Positions 11,567-24,570 of a stretch of 49,900 nt of DNA are shown here, one piece after another. The notes beneath the pieces are model-generated. The model had not been told where the DNA came from, searched no databases, and saw only the letters and a list, made by a program, of their open reading frames with translations. Position numbers and translations under genes: made by a program. Source of the stretch: Octopus bimaculoides (lineage: Eukaryota). The stretch lies in NCBI RefSeq assembly GCF_001194135.2, contig NC_068988.1:90552939-90602838 (forward strand), read 5' to 3'. The first letter of the stretch is position 1; each line of letters starts with the position of its first letter.

Positions 11567-11970
11567 GAATGTATGTATGTATGTATGTATGTATGTATGT
11601 ATAATAAAACAAAGGTAGAACCAATAAAATATGGAAATGCAGCATTGTTATTTAAGGTTCCTTATTTTGGTACATTTTTCGGTGCCAAGACTGTCGCAGA
11701 CCTGATTGCTATTCATAACAATGCAGCAATTTATTGGTCTCGCATAGAATGATGGGAAGTGGTGAGGGAAGCATGACATTTCTCTGTCTGTGATTTGGCT
11801 TTATTTGTTGTAAGAATTGCTTATATATTTATTTTATGTTTTTTTTTTTGTTTTTTTGTTTTTTTTGTCTCTAACTCTATGGATTATTTTCATCGATGGT
11901 TTGGCATTGGTTCACTCTGCAAACTATTAACCAGAGTATTTTGCTCAGAAGCTTGTGTCTGTGTGTGTAC

Positions 11971-12028
<58 letters not shown>

Positions 12029-12199
12029 NNNNNNNNNNNNNNNNNNNNNNNNNNNNNNNNNNNNNNNNNNNNNNNNNNNNNNNNNNNNNNNNNNNNNNNN
12101 NNNNNNNNNNNNNNNNNNNNNNNNNNNNNNNNNNNNNNNNNNNNNNNNNNNNNNNNNNNNNNNNNNNNNNNNNNNNNNNNNNNNNNNNNNNNNNNNNNN

Positions 12200-12498
12200 A
12201 TATATATATATATATATATATATATATACGAGTACATACATATGTATATACATATGAACACAGACGTGCACACACACACATATACATACATATATACATA
12301 CAAACATACATACATACATACATACATACAAACATACATACATACATACATACATACGAACATACATACGTACGTACATACATATATACATACATACATA
12401 CATACATGCATACGTACATACATACATACATACGAACATACATACGTACATACATACTTACATACATAAATACATACATACATACATACATACATACA
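12200..12498. repeat. (TA)n then (TACA)n microsatellite
   Basis: Directly visible; source of spurious YVCM/HTYI ORFs. Confidence 0.95.
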
Positions 12499-12499
12499 T

Positions 12500-12885
12500 G
12501 GAAGAACTTGTACCAAACTCTGGCATTGCAAATTACGCAAACAGCAGAACAGGGCGCCACTATATGGTGCCAAGGATCACAACATTGCTATCAAAATACG
12601 GAGTAGATACTGTTACTGTTTGGATTTGAAGAGCCACAACTCTTCAATATCCTTCCAAAAAGCCTGAGAAAGCTGCATGGTATAGGTGTAGGTGTCTTCA
12701 AAACAAAATTTAATCACTTCCGGATGAGCCAACCTCACGGCAGGAAACACAGTTGAAGGTAGTAGCATCAAATTTCCTCATACACTAAACGCTACATATC
12801 AGAGGAGGTTTCAAATAGGGAACGTGTAGCAATGCCGTTGGTGATGCTCCAGCATGACCGCGGCTTTCGAGCTGAAACTAGTCGA
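12500..12885 (+). mobile_element. CR1-group LINE 3' end fragment
   Basis: EELVPNSGIANYANSRTGRHYMVPRI...PQLFNILPKSLRKLHG...PDEPTSRQETQLKV aligns by eye with ORF 47349-47696 and ends in the same tail motif. Confidence 0.78.
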
Positions 12886-12919
12886 AGAGTTTTAAATCAT
12901 ATATATACATATATATATT

Positions 12920-13122
12920 GCTTTCAAGGTTTGGCACAGGGCCAGCATTTTCGGATAGGTTGATTAGATCAACCCCTGTGCTCAACTAGTACTTATTGTA
13001 TCGACCCCGAAAGGATGAAAGGCAAAGCTGATTTCGGGGAATTTGAACTCAGAACATACAAACGGACTAAATGCTGCTAAACGTTCCGCCTGGCGTGTTA
13101 ACGATTCTGCCAGCTCGCCGCC
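12920..13122 (-). mobile_element. Deu/Nin-like SINE
   Basis: ATCGACCCCGAAAGGATGAAAGGCAAAG...GGAATTTGAACTC...ACGATTCTGCCAGCTCGCCGCC; collinear with 6288 and 43011. Confidence 0.87.
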
Positions 13123-13217
13123 TTATATGCATATCAAGTGATACATACACACAAACACATACGCACCACACAAACATAACACTCATACAAATACACATAT
13201 GCATATATGTACATTTG

Positions 13218-13321
<104 letters not shown>

Positions 13322-13989
13322 CGTTAATTTTACATTTCGCCTTTGAACTTTTCTGTATTATGATCTGAAATGTAAGATCTCTTCTACCCTAATGACGGAG
13401 GCACGATTTATGCAAAGTTGATTGCTTCCATTTTGGTCGCGTATTGTGGTGAACTACATCTACCAACGTTATCATGGATGTTCAAGTCTTCCCCCACCAC
13501 CCAGAAACAGCTGTTGTACTTATAAAACCCTTCTTCCCCACCTTTAATTTTTTCTGCCATTTGTACTCTGTGCAATTTGGATCTATTAATATAAATATCT
13601 ATATATTTATACTTAAATATTCATCGCCTGAAAGTCTCCACATTTTGCTTTCTCTCGTTTAGCATGTATACACATATATATATTGTGTATCATGCCTAAA
13701 CTGCTATATATTAATATATCAAATTCATTTATCCGCATAATTGCTCAACTTGATCCCTCTTATAACCATTCTTTACCCCGTGATTTTGATCCATGTAAAG
13801 ACATCAGAGTCTAAGTTTGAATCATTTTAGCACTACTAAGATTATCATCTGTTGACTGTAGAAATTTTACATTGTATGTACACAAATATGGCGAGAGGGA
13901 GCTTTGTATATAAATACCTATATATTTGCATATAAATTTGTGATCGTGTCTATATAGTAACATACAAATCAATTAGCTGTACCTTATTA

Positions 13990-14376
13990 GAGGAGGCGTA
14001 ATGGCCTAGTGGTTAGGACAGCGGACTCGCGGTCATAGGATCGCGGTTTCGATTCCCAGACCGGGCGTTGTGAGTGTTTATTGAGCGAAAACACCAAAAG
14101 CTCCACGAGGCTCCGGCAGGGGATGGTGGCGAACCCTGACGTACTCTTCCACCACAACTTTCTCTCACTCTTTCTTCCTGTTTCTGTTGTGCCTGTAATT
14201 CAAAGGGTCAGCCTTGTCACACACTGTGTCACGCTGAATATCCCCGAGAACTACGTTAAGGGTACACGTGTCTGTGGAGTGCTCAACCACTTGCACGTTA
14301 ATTTCACGAGCAGGCTGTTCCGTTGATCGGATCAACTGGAAGCCTCGACGTCGTAAGCGACGGAGTGCCAACAATA
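13990..14376 (+). mobile_element. tRNA-derived SINE, third family (head B), with 9-bp TSD
   Basis: TGGCCTAGTGG A box, GTTTCGATTCC B box; ACCTTATTA at 13981-13989 and 14377-14385. Confidence 0.88.
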
Positions 14377-14744
14377 ACCTTATTACAACTAAGTGAACTG
14401 GTCTCTAGAAAGTCATAGAAACTCTATAGCTTTTTATTTTGTTGTTGCTCTTGTTGCGCTTACTTTGCTCAATGGCAGTTTTGATTCTGTATACAAGTAC
14501 CTCACATTTCGGCCGTTCCAGGCGTTGACCATCCTGTTTTATTTTGTTTGTTTTTCTCTATGCACAGTTCACCTACGACAGCAGTACTTAATACGTTCTT
14601 TTTTTCCCCTAGGACGTTAGGATTTGATTTGAGGGTGATTTGGCTGTTATTTTTAGATGATCGACTGAGTATAATGATAAAAGTGAGTGTAAGAATCCGA
14701 GCAGGCCTCCTCATGAATTAATACTCCATTATCAACTGGGTCAT

Positions 14745-15132
14745 CTTAGTTACCATCATTATCATCATCATCACCACAATCACCATCGGCACCAGCTCCA
14801 CCAATACCGTTAACATCATCATCATCATCATCATCACCATTATCATCACCAACACGATCGTTATCATCCACATCATCATCATCATCATCAACACCATTAT
14901 TATCATCATTGTCGTCGTCGTCGTCGTCGTCATCATCATCATAAAGGATGATAAATTATTGAACTTTATATCAATAATCATTATCAAGAATTTTATTTGA
15001 GAATGAGTGATATCATGAAAACATTACCGTCAAAATTTGTTGATTTATGGTGTGGGTGGGGATTGATAATTGATATACGACAGAATGGCAAATAGAAATA
15101 TAAAAGAAAGGAAGGAAGAAAGAAAGGAAAAG

Positions 15133-15184
<52 letters not shown>

Positions 15185-15262
15185 GAAACAAAGGAAAGAA
15201 ACAAAGAAACAAAGAAACAAAGAAACAAAGAAACAAAGAAACAAACAAACAAACAAACAAAC

Positions 15263-15300
<38 letters not shown>

Positions 15301-15311
15301 GAAACAAAGGC

Positions 15312-15347
<36 letters not shown>

Positions 15348-15770
15348 AAATTTAATTTATCTTCCAATCTATCTTCAGCGGCCATATTGATTTCCATCGA
15401 TGTTTTGATTGGTTAAGTTCACACGCAAAAAAAAAAAAATTCCAGGAGAGAAAAATTGTTATCTAAAGTGGGAAATTTATTTAGCTGCCGCCATCACCCT
15501 TAGTATCATCAACAAAAACAATATCATCACCACTATCATCATCGTTATCATCATCGTTGCTATAGTAACACTTATAATTACCAACCTCAGCAACATTGCT
15601 ATCATCATCACAATTATCGCTTAAATGACTATTATCGCCACCATCACCAGCAACTGCAACAACACCAGCAAAAACAACAGTAGTATCTTTCATTTTATCA
15701 TCGTCATCATCATCATTGTCATCATCATCATCAACAACAAGAGCAACATCCTTATCATCATCACCATCAT
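14745..15770. repeat. Compound microsatellite block: (CAT)n, (GAAA)/(GATA)/(CAAA)n, (CAT)n
   Basis: Directly visible, with short unique interruptions. Confidence 0.9.
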
Positions 15771-16045
15771 ATTTGCTATGCCATTATCATATACTGTTAT
15801 ATTCACTTTGGTTGGTTTTATTTTGTGATAGTATTTTCCACTATAATTATCGAAAAGTTTTCCTGTATATACACTCAATCTGATCAGTGACGAAATTCCA
15901 TTGCAAATTTTTTCCAGCTTCGTATATTGACTGTCCAAGAAATCCGTTCGTTTCCTTCCAACATCATTTGAATTAACACACAAAGCATTTTCATCGTAGT
16001 GTTATGTTTTTTCTCTTTCTCTTATTTTCTTATTCCCTTATGTGT

Positions 16046-16201
16046 GTTTCAGTCATTTGACTGCAGCCATGCTGAGCACCGCCTTAAAGAGTTTTGGTCG
16101 AAGAAATCTACCCCAGGACTTATTCTTTGTAACCCTAGTACTTATTTTATCGTTTTCTTATGCCGAACCGCTAAATTATAGGGACATAAACACGCCAGCA
16201 T
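16046..16201 (-). mobile_element. CORE-like SINE 3' half
   Basis: GTTTCAGTCATTTGACTGCAGCCATGCTG.GCACCGCC...GCCGAACCGCTAA is the reverse complement of the family tail. Confidence 0.85.
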
Positions 16202-16299
16202 GGGTCACGCCTGCGTCTGTTTGTTTTTGTTGTTGTTGTTTTTTTCTTTTTTTAGCTCTATTTTCCTTTAAAATTTTTCTTCATGGTTTTTAAAATTTG

Positions 16300-16990
16300 A
16301 ATGAATTTTACCTCCTTTCCGACATTTGACGACGGAATACCAAGTTGGCAAAAACCAGCATTTTCGACACCTGATTCTCTTCTTTTTCAAAACTGTCAAA
16401 GCCACACAAGACATTTGGGCTGTATTGGAGAAGGCATTTTTACAGTAAGAATTGCATAGAAATTCTTCTTACGCTGCAAGGAAGTGAAATTCGACTTCAC
16501 AGATTGTCCGAGTTCAGACCGACCTCTTGACCTCTTTCATTTTAATAAGGATCATTTTAATAAGGATCTGTTGGACGAGTTCATCCACGAGGATCCCTGC
16601 CAATCCTCTCCACAATTAGCCCAGAAGATGGAATGCTCTCATGTTATCACCAGCCATCACCTTCACTTGATGAGTAAGGTTCCAAAACTCGGCGCTTCGG
16701 TGCCACACGTACTGAACGAAAGAGACAAACTCCAGCCACTACGTGATCAAAAGTATTAATTAACAGCTCGGTTGGGAAGTTCTGCCCCATCCACCATGTT
16801 CTCCTGACATAGAACTTTCAGATTATTAACTTTTTCGATCGCATTACAACGCCTGCAGGGCTTGATGAATTTTTCGAATCAAGATTCACTCATTTCTAAC
16901 ACTAAGAGATTGACAAGCTTGAGGAACGTCGGGAAAAAGAAGAAAACAATGTGGAAGGGTATATTATTGACTGGTTTCTTTAAATTGATG
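16300..16990 (+). mobile_element. mariner remnant, internally deleted
   Basis: HFRHLILFFF, FDFTDCPSSDRP, EDPCQSSPQLAQKM..KVPKLGASVPHVL, then jump to LGWEVLPHPPCSPD and LDEFFES..IDKLEER..NNVEGYIID. Confidence 0.85.
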
Positions 16991-17111
16991 ATAAAATACA
17001 CGGGGGAAAAATGGGGAAAAGAACGAATAGTATACAATTTAATTATGAAGAACAATAAAAGTGAATTTAACGGCATGTGTATGTTTAAAATAAAGATAGC
17101 GTGTTCGCACT

Positions 17112-17620
17112 AATATATAAGTGGTCTGATCAATAAGTATCCGAACTATTACCATAGTAACGAAGCTAAAGCACGCAGAGTAAAGCCGCTTCGCACAGAT
17201 TGACCTTGAACTCTGCTGTGCATGCGCACTAAGTTTTAACATTCTAGCTCACTTCCGCTGCTTACAGCAGTGCTTGGAAGGAACTTGTGTTGCATGTGAT
17301 CGTCGCATTGACCCTGACAGAGAAAGTTGTCATGGCAACACCTATTCAGAGGCCTGCGCAAAGCTGCAGAAAGTGTATGGAGATGAGTGGATGAGCTGCA
17401 CACAAGGGGAAATCATCGAATTACCAACCGTGAGTTATCAGAGGATGTGCAGGTTAGTTACGGTTCAGTTCAGTCCATTATCACAGAAAATTTGGGCGAG
17501 GCGCGTATCTGCCAAGCTTGTGCCAAAACTACTTTCAGCTGACCAAAAGAAAGTACTCGGATTTCAGTTGCTCAAGATCTCCTTGATTGTGTCGAGAACG
17601 ATGAAAACTTCTTGAAAACT
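17112..17620 (+). mobile_element. mariner remnant of a different family, 5' part
   Basis: TIR-like TA-AGTGGTCTGATCAATAAGTATCCGAACT; GNTYSEACAKLQKVYGDEWMS, RELSEDVQVSYGSVQSIITENLG, RVSAKLVPKLLSADQK, VAQDLLDCVENDENFLK. Confidence 0.87.
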
Positions 17621-17723
17621 TTGCGTAGGCTTCTGAGTAGGTATCGCCAAGCTTTTGGCAAAATTTGATACAGATTCTCTGCTCAGCTTTCTCTGTCATG
17701 TATAAAATACAAATGCCATTCAT
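17620..17723 (-). mobile_element. Inverted N-terminal fragment of the same mariner family
   Basis: Minus strand MTEKAEQRICIKFCQKLGDTYSEAYAK, homologous to the plus-strand copy near 17315-17365. Confidence 0.82.
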
Positions 17724-17887
17724 GAGTGAAGAACGCTAGCAAAGCATGTAACATAAAGGGAGCTCAAATGTCAATAGTAGAAAACATAAAATAGAGCTAG
17801 CTATAAGATGTTGTACAACTATGTGAAAAGGACGTGCATTTATAAAGCAGTGAAAAATTACTACCTAAATACTGCCAATAAATTTTA

Positions 17888-17959
<72 letters not shown>

Positions 17960-18069
17960 GCACACGCACTCATTCCAATGTTTAATACAGTTAGTATTAG
18001 CTTCTAAACACAATATCATCGTAAATACCGTTATCTTACCGGCTTACCCCCACAATCGTGCCCCACCGA

Positions 18070-19200
18070 CTTTGTTACCTCATAACTTTCAGAAAAATGA
18101 ATATGTCTTTATGAAATTCTCAACAAATACGCTTCGTATGGCATAGATTCCAATTACATCGGAATTTGTTGTGAAAACAAATTTTCCGTGAGTGAGAGGA
18201 GGAGCTTCGGAATTTTTTTTTTTTTCTACCACAACTTCCGATACAATTGGAATTTACCCCATCTGAAGCCTCTTTGTAGAAAATTTCATTAGAAAATATC
18301 CATTTTTCTGGAAGTTATGAGGAAACAAAGTCGTGAGGGAGTACATTTGTGTGCATATGCCATCCAATCTATATTTATGTGTGGTGAAAAGCTGAGCCCA
18401 TCTCATTTACATTATTGTCACACTTTTGATGCAAACCGAACGAGAGAAGTCTATTGTTTATATATCAATTGTAGCTATAAAAACAAATATCGTTATATAC
18501 AAAATGAAAGGGAAGCGAAACAACCGGGAATGTACATATATAACAGCAATGTAATTAGTGTGACTAATATATAACAGCAATGTAATTAGTGTGACTAATG
18601 TTAGAGCAATGAGCATACATACACAAAGGTGCCCCATCGAATTTGCTTCCTCACAACTTCCAGAAAAATGAATTGTTTTTAATGGAATTTCCTACAAATG
18701 TGGTGTAGATTCCGATTATATCGGAATTTATTGTGATAAAAATGTTCCGGTGTGTGGGAAATGGAGTTTCAGGAAATTCACATGAGTCGGCTTTGCTTCT
18801 CTATAACTTTCGAGGGAAATGGGTATTTCTAAATGAAATTTTCTACAAAAACTTTTCAGAGTGTGTAAATTACGATTATATCCAGAATCTGAGGTGAAAA
18901 TAAAAATGATGAGCACGTATACATAGACACATACATACTTACATACTGAAACACATCACAATTTTTTTCGAAATTTCAAGATTCATTTTGTAAATATATG
19001 TGCTATGTGTCATATGTATGTGTGCGAGTACAGCAATTCTTTTTTCAATTTAAACGCCGATAAAATCGTAATTTGCACACTCTGAAAGGTATTAGTAGAA
19101 AAATTCATCAAAAAATAACCATTTTTCTAAAAGTTGTGTGAAAACCAAGGCGCTTCGTGTGAATTTTCCGAAACTCCTCTCTTCACTAACAGAAAAATTT
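18070..19200. repeat. Five diverged copies of a ~140-bp unit in both orientations
   Basis: Core CATAACTT.CAGAAAAATG.A...TTT..ATGAAATT.TCTACAAA..GATT.C.ATTA.ATCGGAA near 18077 (+), 18320 (-), 18650 (+), 18800 (+), 19140 (-). Confidence 0.72.
18536..18597. repeat. Perfect 31-bp tandem duplication
   Basis: ATATATAACAGCAATGTAATTAGTGTGACTA x2. Confidence 0.92.
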
Positions 19201-19534
19201 TAAAGCAGACAGCTATAAGATGAAATATTGCAAAACACTTATTAACGGAATGTGCATTTAATATCAAAAAAACAAGGATGAATAAATGAAGAATATTAAC
19301 TGAAAAAAGGGGAATAAAACGTAAGTTGTAACAGAACTAGTAGACATATTCGAACATGCCATGTTTGCTCATTAACTGCTGTTGTGTCAGGAAGAAACCG
19401 TTCCGACCGGTTATTGTATATCATTGCGCATCAGTTACCAGAAGTCCATTAGAAACATATATTCTTTCAAATTATATCGAAGATATGTACATAAAGATTT
19501 CTAATAATTAAAGACATAACATACACACACATAC

Positions 19535-19591
<57 letters not shown>

Positions 19592-19901
19592 NNNNNNNNN
19601 NNNNNNNNNNNNNNNNNNNNNNNNNNNNNNNNNNNNNNNNNNNNNNNNNNNNNNNNNNNNNNNNNNNNNNNNNNNNNNNNNNNNNNNNNNNNNNNNNNNN
19701 NNNNNNNNNNNNNNNNNNNNNNNNNNNNNNNNNNNNNNNNNNNNNNNNNNNNNNNNNNNNNNNNNNNNNNNNNNNNNNNNNNNNNNNNNNNNNNNNNNNN
19801 NNNNNNNNNNNNNNNNNNNNNNNNNNCAAAATTACAGGTAAAAAACTCAATTAAAATCAATTTATAAAAAATTAAAATTAAATTGAGCCTTATAGATAAA
19901 G

Positions 19902-20250
19902 TATATATAAAATATATAGTTTTAGGGAAAATAACCAATTTTCAAGAACTCATCGATGAAAATCCACTATCACATATAGAAAAATTAATAATTAAAAGCA
20001 CAATAAATGAGTATAATATAAAGTAAAGTAAATATCATAAGAAAAATATAATAATATAATAAAAATATAATATAATAATATAATATAATATAATATAATA
20101 TTATATTTTTCTTATGATATTTACTTTACTTTATATTATACTCATTTATTGTGCTTTTAATTATTAATTTTTCTATATGTGATAATGGATTTTCATCGAT
20201 GAGTTCTTGAAAATTGGTTATTTTCCCTAAAACTATATATTTTATATATA
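19902..20250. repeat. 152-bp inverted repeat with 45-bp A/T-only spacer
   Basis: 19902-20053 vs reverse complement of 20099-20250; one mismatch found by eye (CCACTATC vs CCATTATC). Confidence 0.92.
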
Positions 20251-21179
20251 TATATATATATATTCTATCCCTAAATCTGTTTTCATGATTACCTATCTTT
20301 CTTTTATATAATTTTCTGTAGAACCTATATAGTAGTAATCCTGTCCCTTAGATACTACCTTGCACCCATATATAACTCCTTTTCTCTACAAAAAGAATTC
20401 AATGTACATCGTTTTCCTTTGGCACAAAACGCAAGTTTTATTCTTCTAAGTTCTCTCTGTTTCCTAACTAATAATGTTGTGTTTGTATTCTATATCTTCA
20501 GAGTTATCCTCAATAAGATTGTCCATATTTTATGGACATACTGAATCGGATGAAAGGTAGTGAAAGGTTTGTAAACAGTTAACCAGCACTACCAAAGGAG
20601 TGGAATAGTAACATGACCTAGTTCTTCTGAAATATGCCTATCCCTTGTCCAGTAAGGTAAAAAAAATCAACCTTTAGTTATTTTTAGAACAGAATCCAAG
20701 ATGCACATGCTACAATTCAATTCAATCGGAATATACTCTCCATCCTTTAAGGTGGGAAAATATCATTTAATTATGCCCTGAGGAGGCTTTTTGCTTTTTT
20801 CAACTGCATAATGCACCTTATAAATGTGTAAACATGAATGACAGCAATCAACCAAAATGCAGCGTAGGCAATATCGGTGAACTCATTAATTTCACTGGAC
20901 TATGATAATAAATTGATCATTCTGTGTGTGTATTCTCCATTTTCTTTGAATTTTTCTACTTTTCTCCTATATCGAAGATGATGGAAATCTCTGTAGCAAC
21001 AAATGGAATTTCAGAGATGTGAGGTACAAATATTGAAGAAGAACCAACGATAAACACTACAACATATACACATGTACACATGAAAAATTCCCGGGATCGT
21101 TAATCGATATAGTGCTACACTGGTGTATACTTGGATAATATAATCCTAGGAAAGAACAACTTCTTTCTATATAGACCTG

Positions 21180-21232
<53 letters not shown>

Positions 21233-21858
21233 NNNNNNNNNNNNNNNNNNNNNNNNNNNNNNNNNNNNNNNNNNNNNNNNNNNNNNNNNNNNNNNNNNNN
21301 NNNNNNNNNNNNNNNNNNNNNNNNNNNNNNNNNNNNNNNNNNNNNNNNNNNNNNNNNNNNNNNNNNNNNNNNNNNNNNNNNNNNNNNNNNNNNNNNNNNN
21401 NNNNNNNNNNNNNNNNNNNNNNNNNNNNNNNNNNNNNNNNNNNNNNNNNNNNNNNNNNNNNNNNNNNNNNNNNNNNNNNNNNNNNNNNNNNNNNNNNNNN
21501 NNNNNNNNNNNNNNNNNNNNNNNNNNNNNNNNNNNNNNNNNNNNNNNNNNNNNNNNNNNNNNNNNNNNNNNNNNNNNNNNNNNNNNNNNNNNNNNNNNNN
21601 NNNNNNNNNNNNNNNNNNNNNNNNNNNNNNNNNNNNNNNNNNNNNNNNNNNNNNNNNNNNNNNNNNNNNNNNNNNNNNNNNNNNNNNNNNNNNNNNNNNN
21701 NNNNNNNNNNNNNNNNNNNNNNNNNNNNNNNNNNNNNNNNNNNNNNNNNNNNNNNNNNNNNNNNNNNNNNNNNNNNNNNNNNNNNNNNNNNNNNNNNNNN
21801 NNNNNNNNNNNNNNNNNNNNNNNNNNNNNNNNNNNNNNNNNNNNNNNNNNNNNNNNNN

Positions 21859-21891
<33 letters not shown>

Positions 21892-22540
21892 CACGCTTCC
21901 TCGCAGTTTCCGTCTATCAGAATCACTCTAACAAAGTATTGAGGTATTGGGGTCAGTCCGGGGTTATAGTTGAAAGCATTTGTCCAAGATGTTGTGCAGT
22001 GGGACCGACCCCGAAACCACGAGGTTGCGAAGCGAACGTCTTAACCACATACCCATGCTGTTACTATATATTTTGCATAAATTATGTATCACTGTATCTG
22101 TGCAGTAATCATTTTACTCTTATTCTACTGAGCAGCACCAACATAACCATGACCATTATCTCGACCAGCCACCACCAATATCATCGTAATCATCAGCATA
22201 CATACATACATAGTTTAGATTTATTGTCTCCAAACAGACTGCCTTTTCCTTAATGACATATCAGTTTTGAAGACGTCTTGATTCTTGGCATTATCCCGCC
22301 TTCTCATTTGGAGTTAGTCCCAACTGCCACCAATCGTTTTTCTCTCTCTTCTCTCTAAGTGATGACAGTTTCGATAAATCAAAATCTCATCTTATGTTAT
22401 TCAATATACTCTGTTTTCGTCTTTATTTTTCAAATACATGCTACTGGCCACTCTGAGCTCATTTTCGTCTCGTCATATATGGGTGAGTTTGTGCTTGTAC
22501 TTGTATACATGTATGAAAGTAAGCATAAATGTGTATATCT

Positions 22541-23140
22541 CTTTTACTTGTTTTAGTCATTTGACTGTGGCCATGCTGGAGCACCGCCTTTAGTCGAGCA
22601 AATCGACTTCAGGACTTATTCTATGTAAGCCTAGTACTTATTCTATCGGTTTCTTTTGCCGAACCACTAGGTTACGGGGACGTAAACACACCGGCATCGA
22701 TTGTCAAGCGATGTTGTGGGGACAAACACAGACACACAAACACATACACGCACATACATATATATATATATATATATANNNNNNNNNNNNNNNNNNNNNN
22801 NNNNNNNNNNNNNNNNNNNNNNNNNNNNNNNNNNNNNNNNNNNNNNNNNNNNNNNNNNNNNNNNNNNNNNNNNNNNNNNNNNNNNNNNNNNNNNNNNNNN
22901 NNNNNNNNNNNNNNNNNNNNNNNNNNNNNNNNNNNNNNNNNNNNNNATATATATATATATATATATACATATATATACGACGGGCTTCTTTCAGTTTCCG
23001 TCTACCAAATCAACTCACAGGGCTTTGGTCGGCCCGAGGCTATAGTAGAAGACACTTGCCCAAGGTACCACGCAGTGGGACTGAACCCGGAACCATGTGG
23101 TTTGTAAGCAAGCTACTTACCTCACAGCCACTCCTACGCC
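22541..23140 (-). mobile_element. CORE-like SINE, full length, internal microsatellite with gap
   Basis: Tail at 22541-22720; head GGCAAGTGTCTTC/GGTTCAGTCCCACTGCG (minus strand) at about 22975-23140. Confidence 0.88.
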
Positions 23141-23189
23141 TATATATATGTTTTTAAATGTACTTATATGTGGTGTGGAGTTGTGGTAA

Positions 23190-24570
23190 CATACGTGACC
23201 GTAACAGACAAACTTTCGTCTTTTTATCTGCGCAAGGAATGATTCCTGCCTGCCATCGTAGTTGTTGACTTGTTGCCTAAGCTGTTCGTTTTGTGTTCTG
23301 CGTACGGGATGCGTAGAAGCCTTCTGAAGACTTTGTGCTCAGATGCCTGGATTCTTTATCACATGTCAACTCTTGCAATCCAGTTCTGACACCCATACAG
23401 AAGGAGTGAAGTCATCAAAGATTTGTACACTTTAATTCTCGTTGGAAAACTAAAATTGTTGCTTTCCCATATGGTATTCAGTTTCGTCATGGCAGTAGAG
23501 GCAAAACTGAGTCTTTCTTGATAATTCCTTTTAAGTTTTATCTTCCTAGGTCAAAGTGGATGTTATGTACTTGAAAGTGTCCACTTTTCCGAGTCTCTCT
23601 CGTTCAGCATTATGTTGGTTGCTGTATTGTGGTTGTTACTATTCGACTTCCCCCTGGAGAGTTGCAGTACATCAATGCTCTCTGTTGCTGCTAGAATTAT
23701 TCAGCATATTGATGTTATGTCTGACATTATGATTTGGTGATTGTAAAGGTCTTTGAAGCACTTAGAGCATCTTTTGATGACACTAATCTCTTCTGTGTGG
23801 AATAGATTTGTTTTTTTCCCTTCATGATAGTTTGTTTTCATTGAGATGTTGAGGGTTTCATAAGCAAGCTTGCAGGTACCCTGCTTTATCCTAGCTTCGG
23901 TGATGTTGCACTGGTCTGCTATCCATGTCTCTTTAGCTTCGCTCATTTTCTTTCTAACCTTCCTATTCACAGCAATGTCATCGGTAATCCGTGGGTTTTT
24001 TTTACCTTCTTCTCTACATCACTTCTAGAGCAATGTCATGACGTGCTTCCTTAATACTGTCGATCAGGGAGTTTATATCGTCTTCTAGAAGGATAAGGGC
24101 TGCAAACTAGCTACCCAGTTTCACCTCAAACTGCTGCAACCCTGAGATCCTTTGGTCTGTTTTACATCAAACCTAATACGTGTGGGTCATTTTTATGAGT
24201 CTTTTTCACTTCGAGCGTCATTGTTATCAGGACCACCGTTAAGATTCGCAATCGGGAAAATCTCAGTCCGAGCTTACTGATGCTAGACGTGAACTTTTGA
24301 AGTGCGAGAATGAAGTCGTCGCTTCGGTTGTGAACACTGTCATTGGATGCATGCCATGTTGTCTTCCGCTAGGTCTTGTGTGAGAACAGTGTGTTGACTA
24401 GGGTCAGCTTGTGAGTGCTAGAAAATTCTAGGAGTCGCTGTCCACGATCATTAGTTTCTCCGATCTCGAGTTGTCCCACTATCCCAGCCCATTGATCATA
24501 TGCATCCAGAATTACTTTGGAGTTTAAGAACCCCTAGGATGATGAGGGTGTCTTTTTACAAGTTTCAGTC
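23190..24570 (-). mobile_element. RTE-clade LINE remnant lacking the RT core
   Basis: Minus strand GETNDRGQRLLEFSSTHKLTLVNTLFSHK..KTTWHA (AP endonuclease), NRKVRKKMSEAKETWIADQC linker, then post-RT KVDTFKY, TAMTKLNTIWES, LLLYGCQNW, HKVFRRLLRIPYAEHKTN. Confidence 0.87.

Noticed and set aside
13425-13577. Minus-strand ~50-aa ORF MAEKIKGGEEGFYKYNSCFWVVGEDLNIH...
   Set aside because: Short, no recognisable domain and no splice context; only faintly like an endonuclease GDLN motif.
20502-21020. Three phase-compatible AG/GT-bounded mini-exons (from 20502, ~20688, ~20978)
   Set aside because: The joined peptide (LSSIRLSIFYGHTESDERTESKMHML...) resembles nothing I recognise, and such sites arise by chance in AT-rich DNA; needs RNA-seq.
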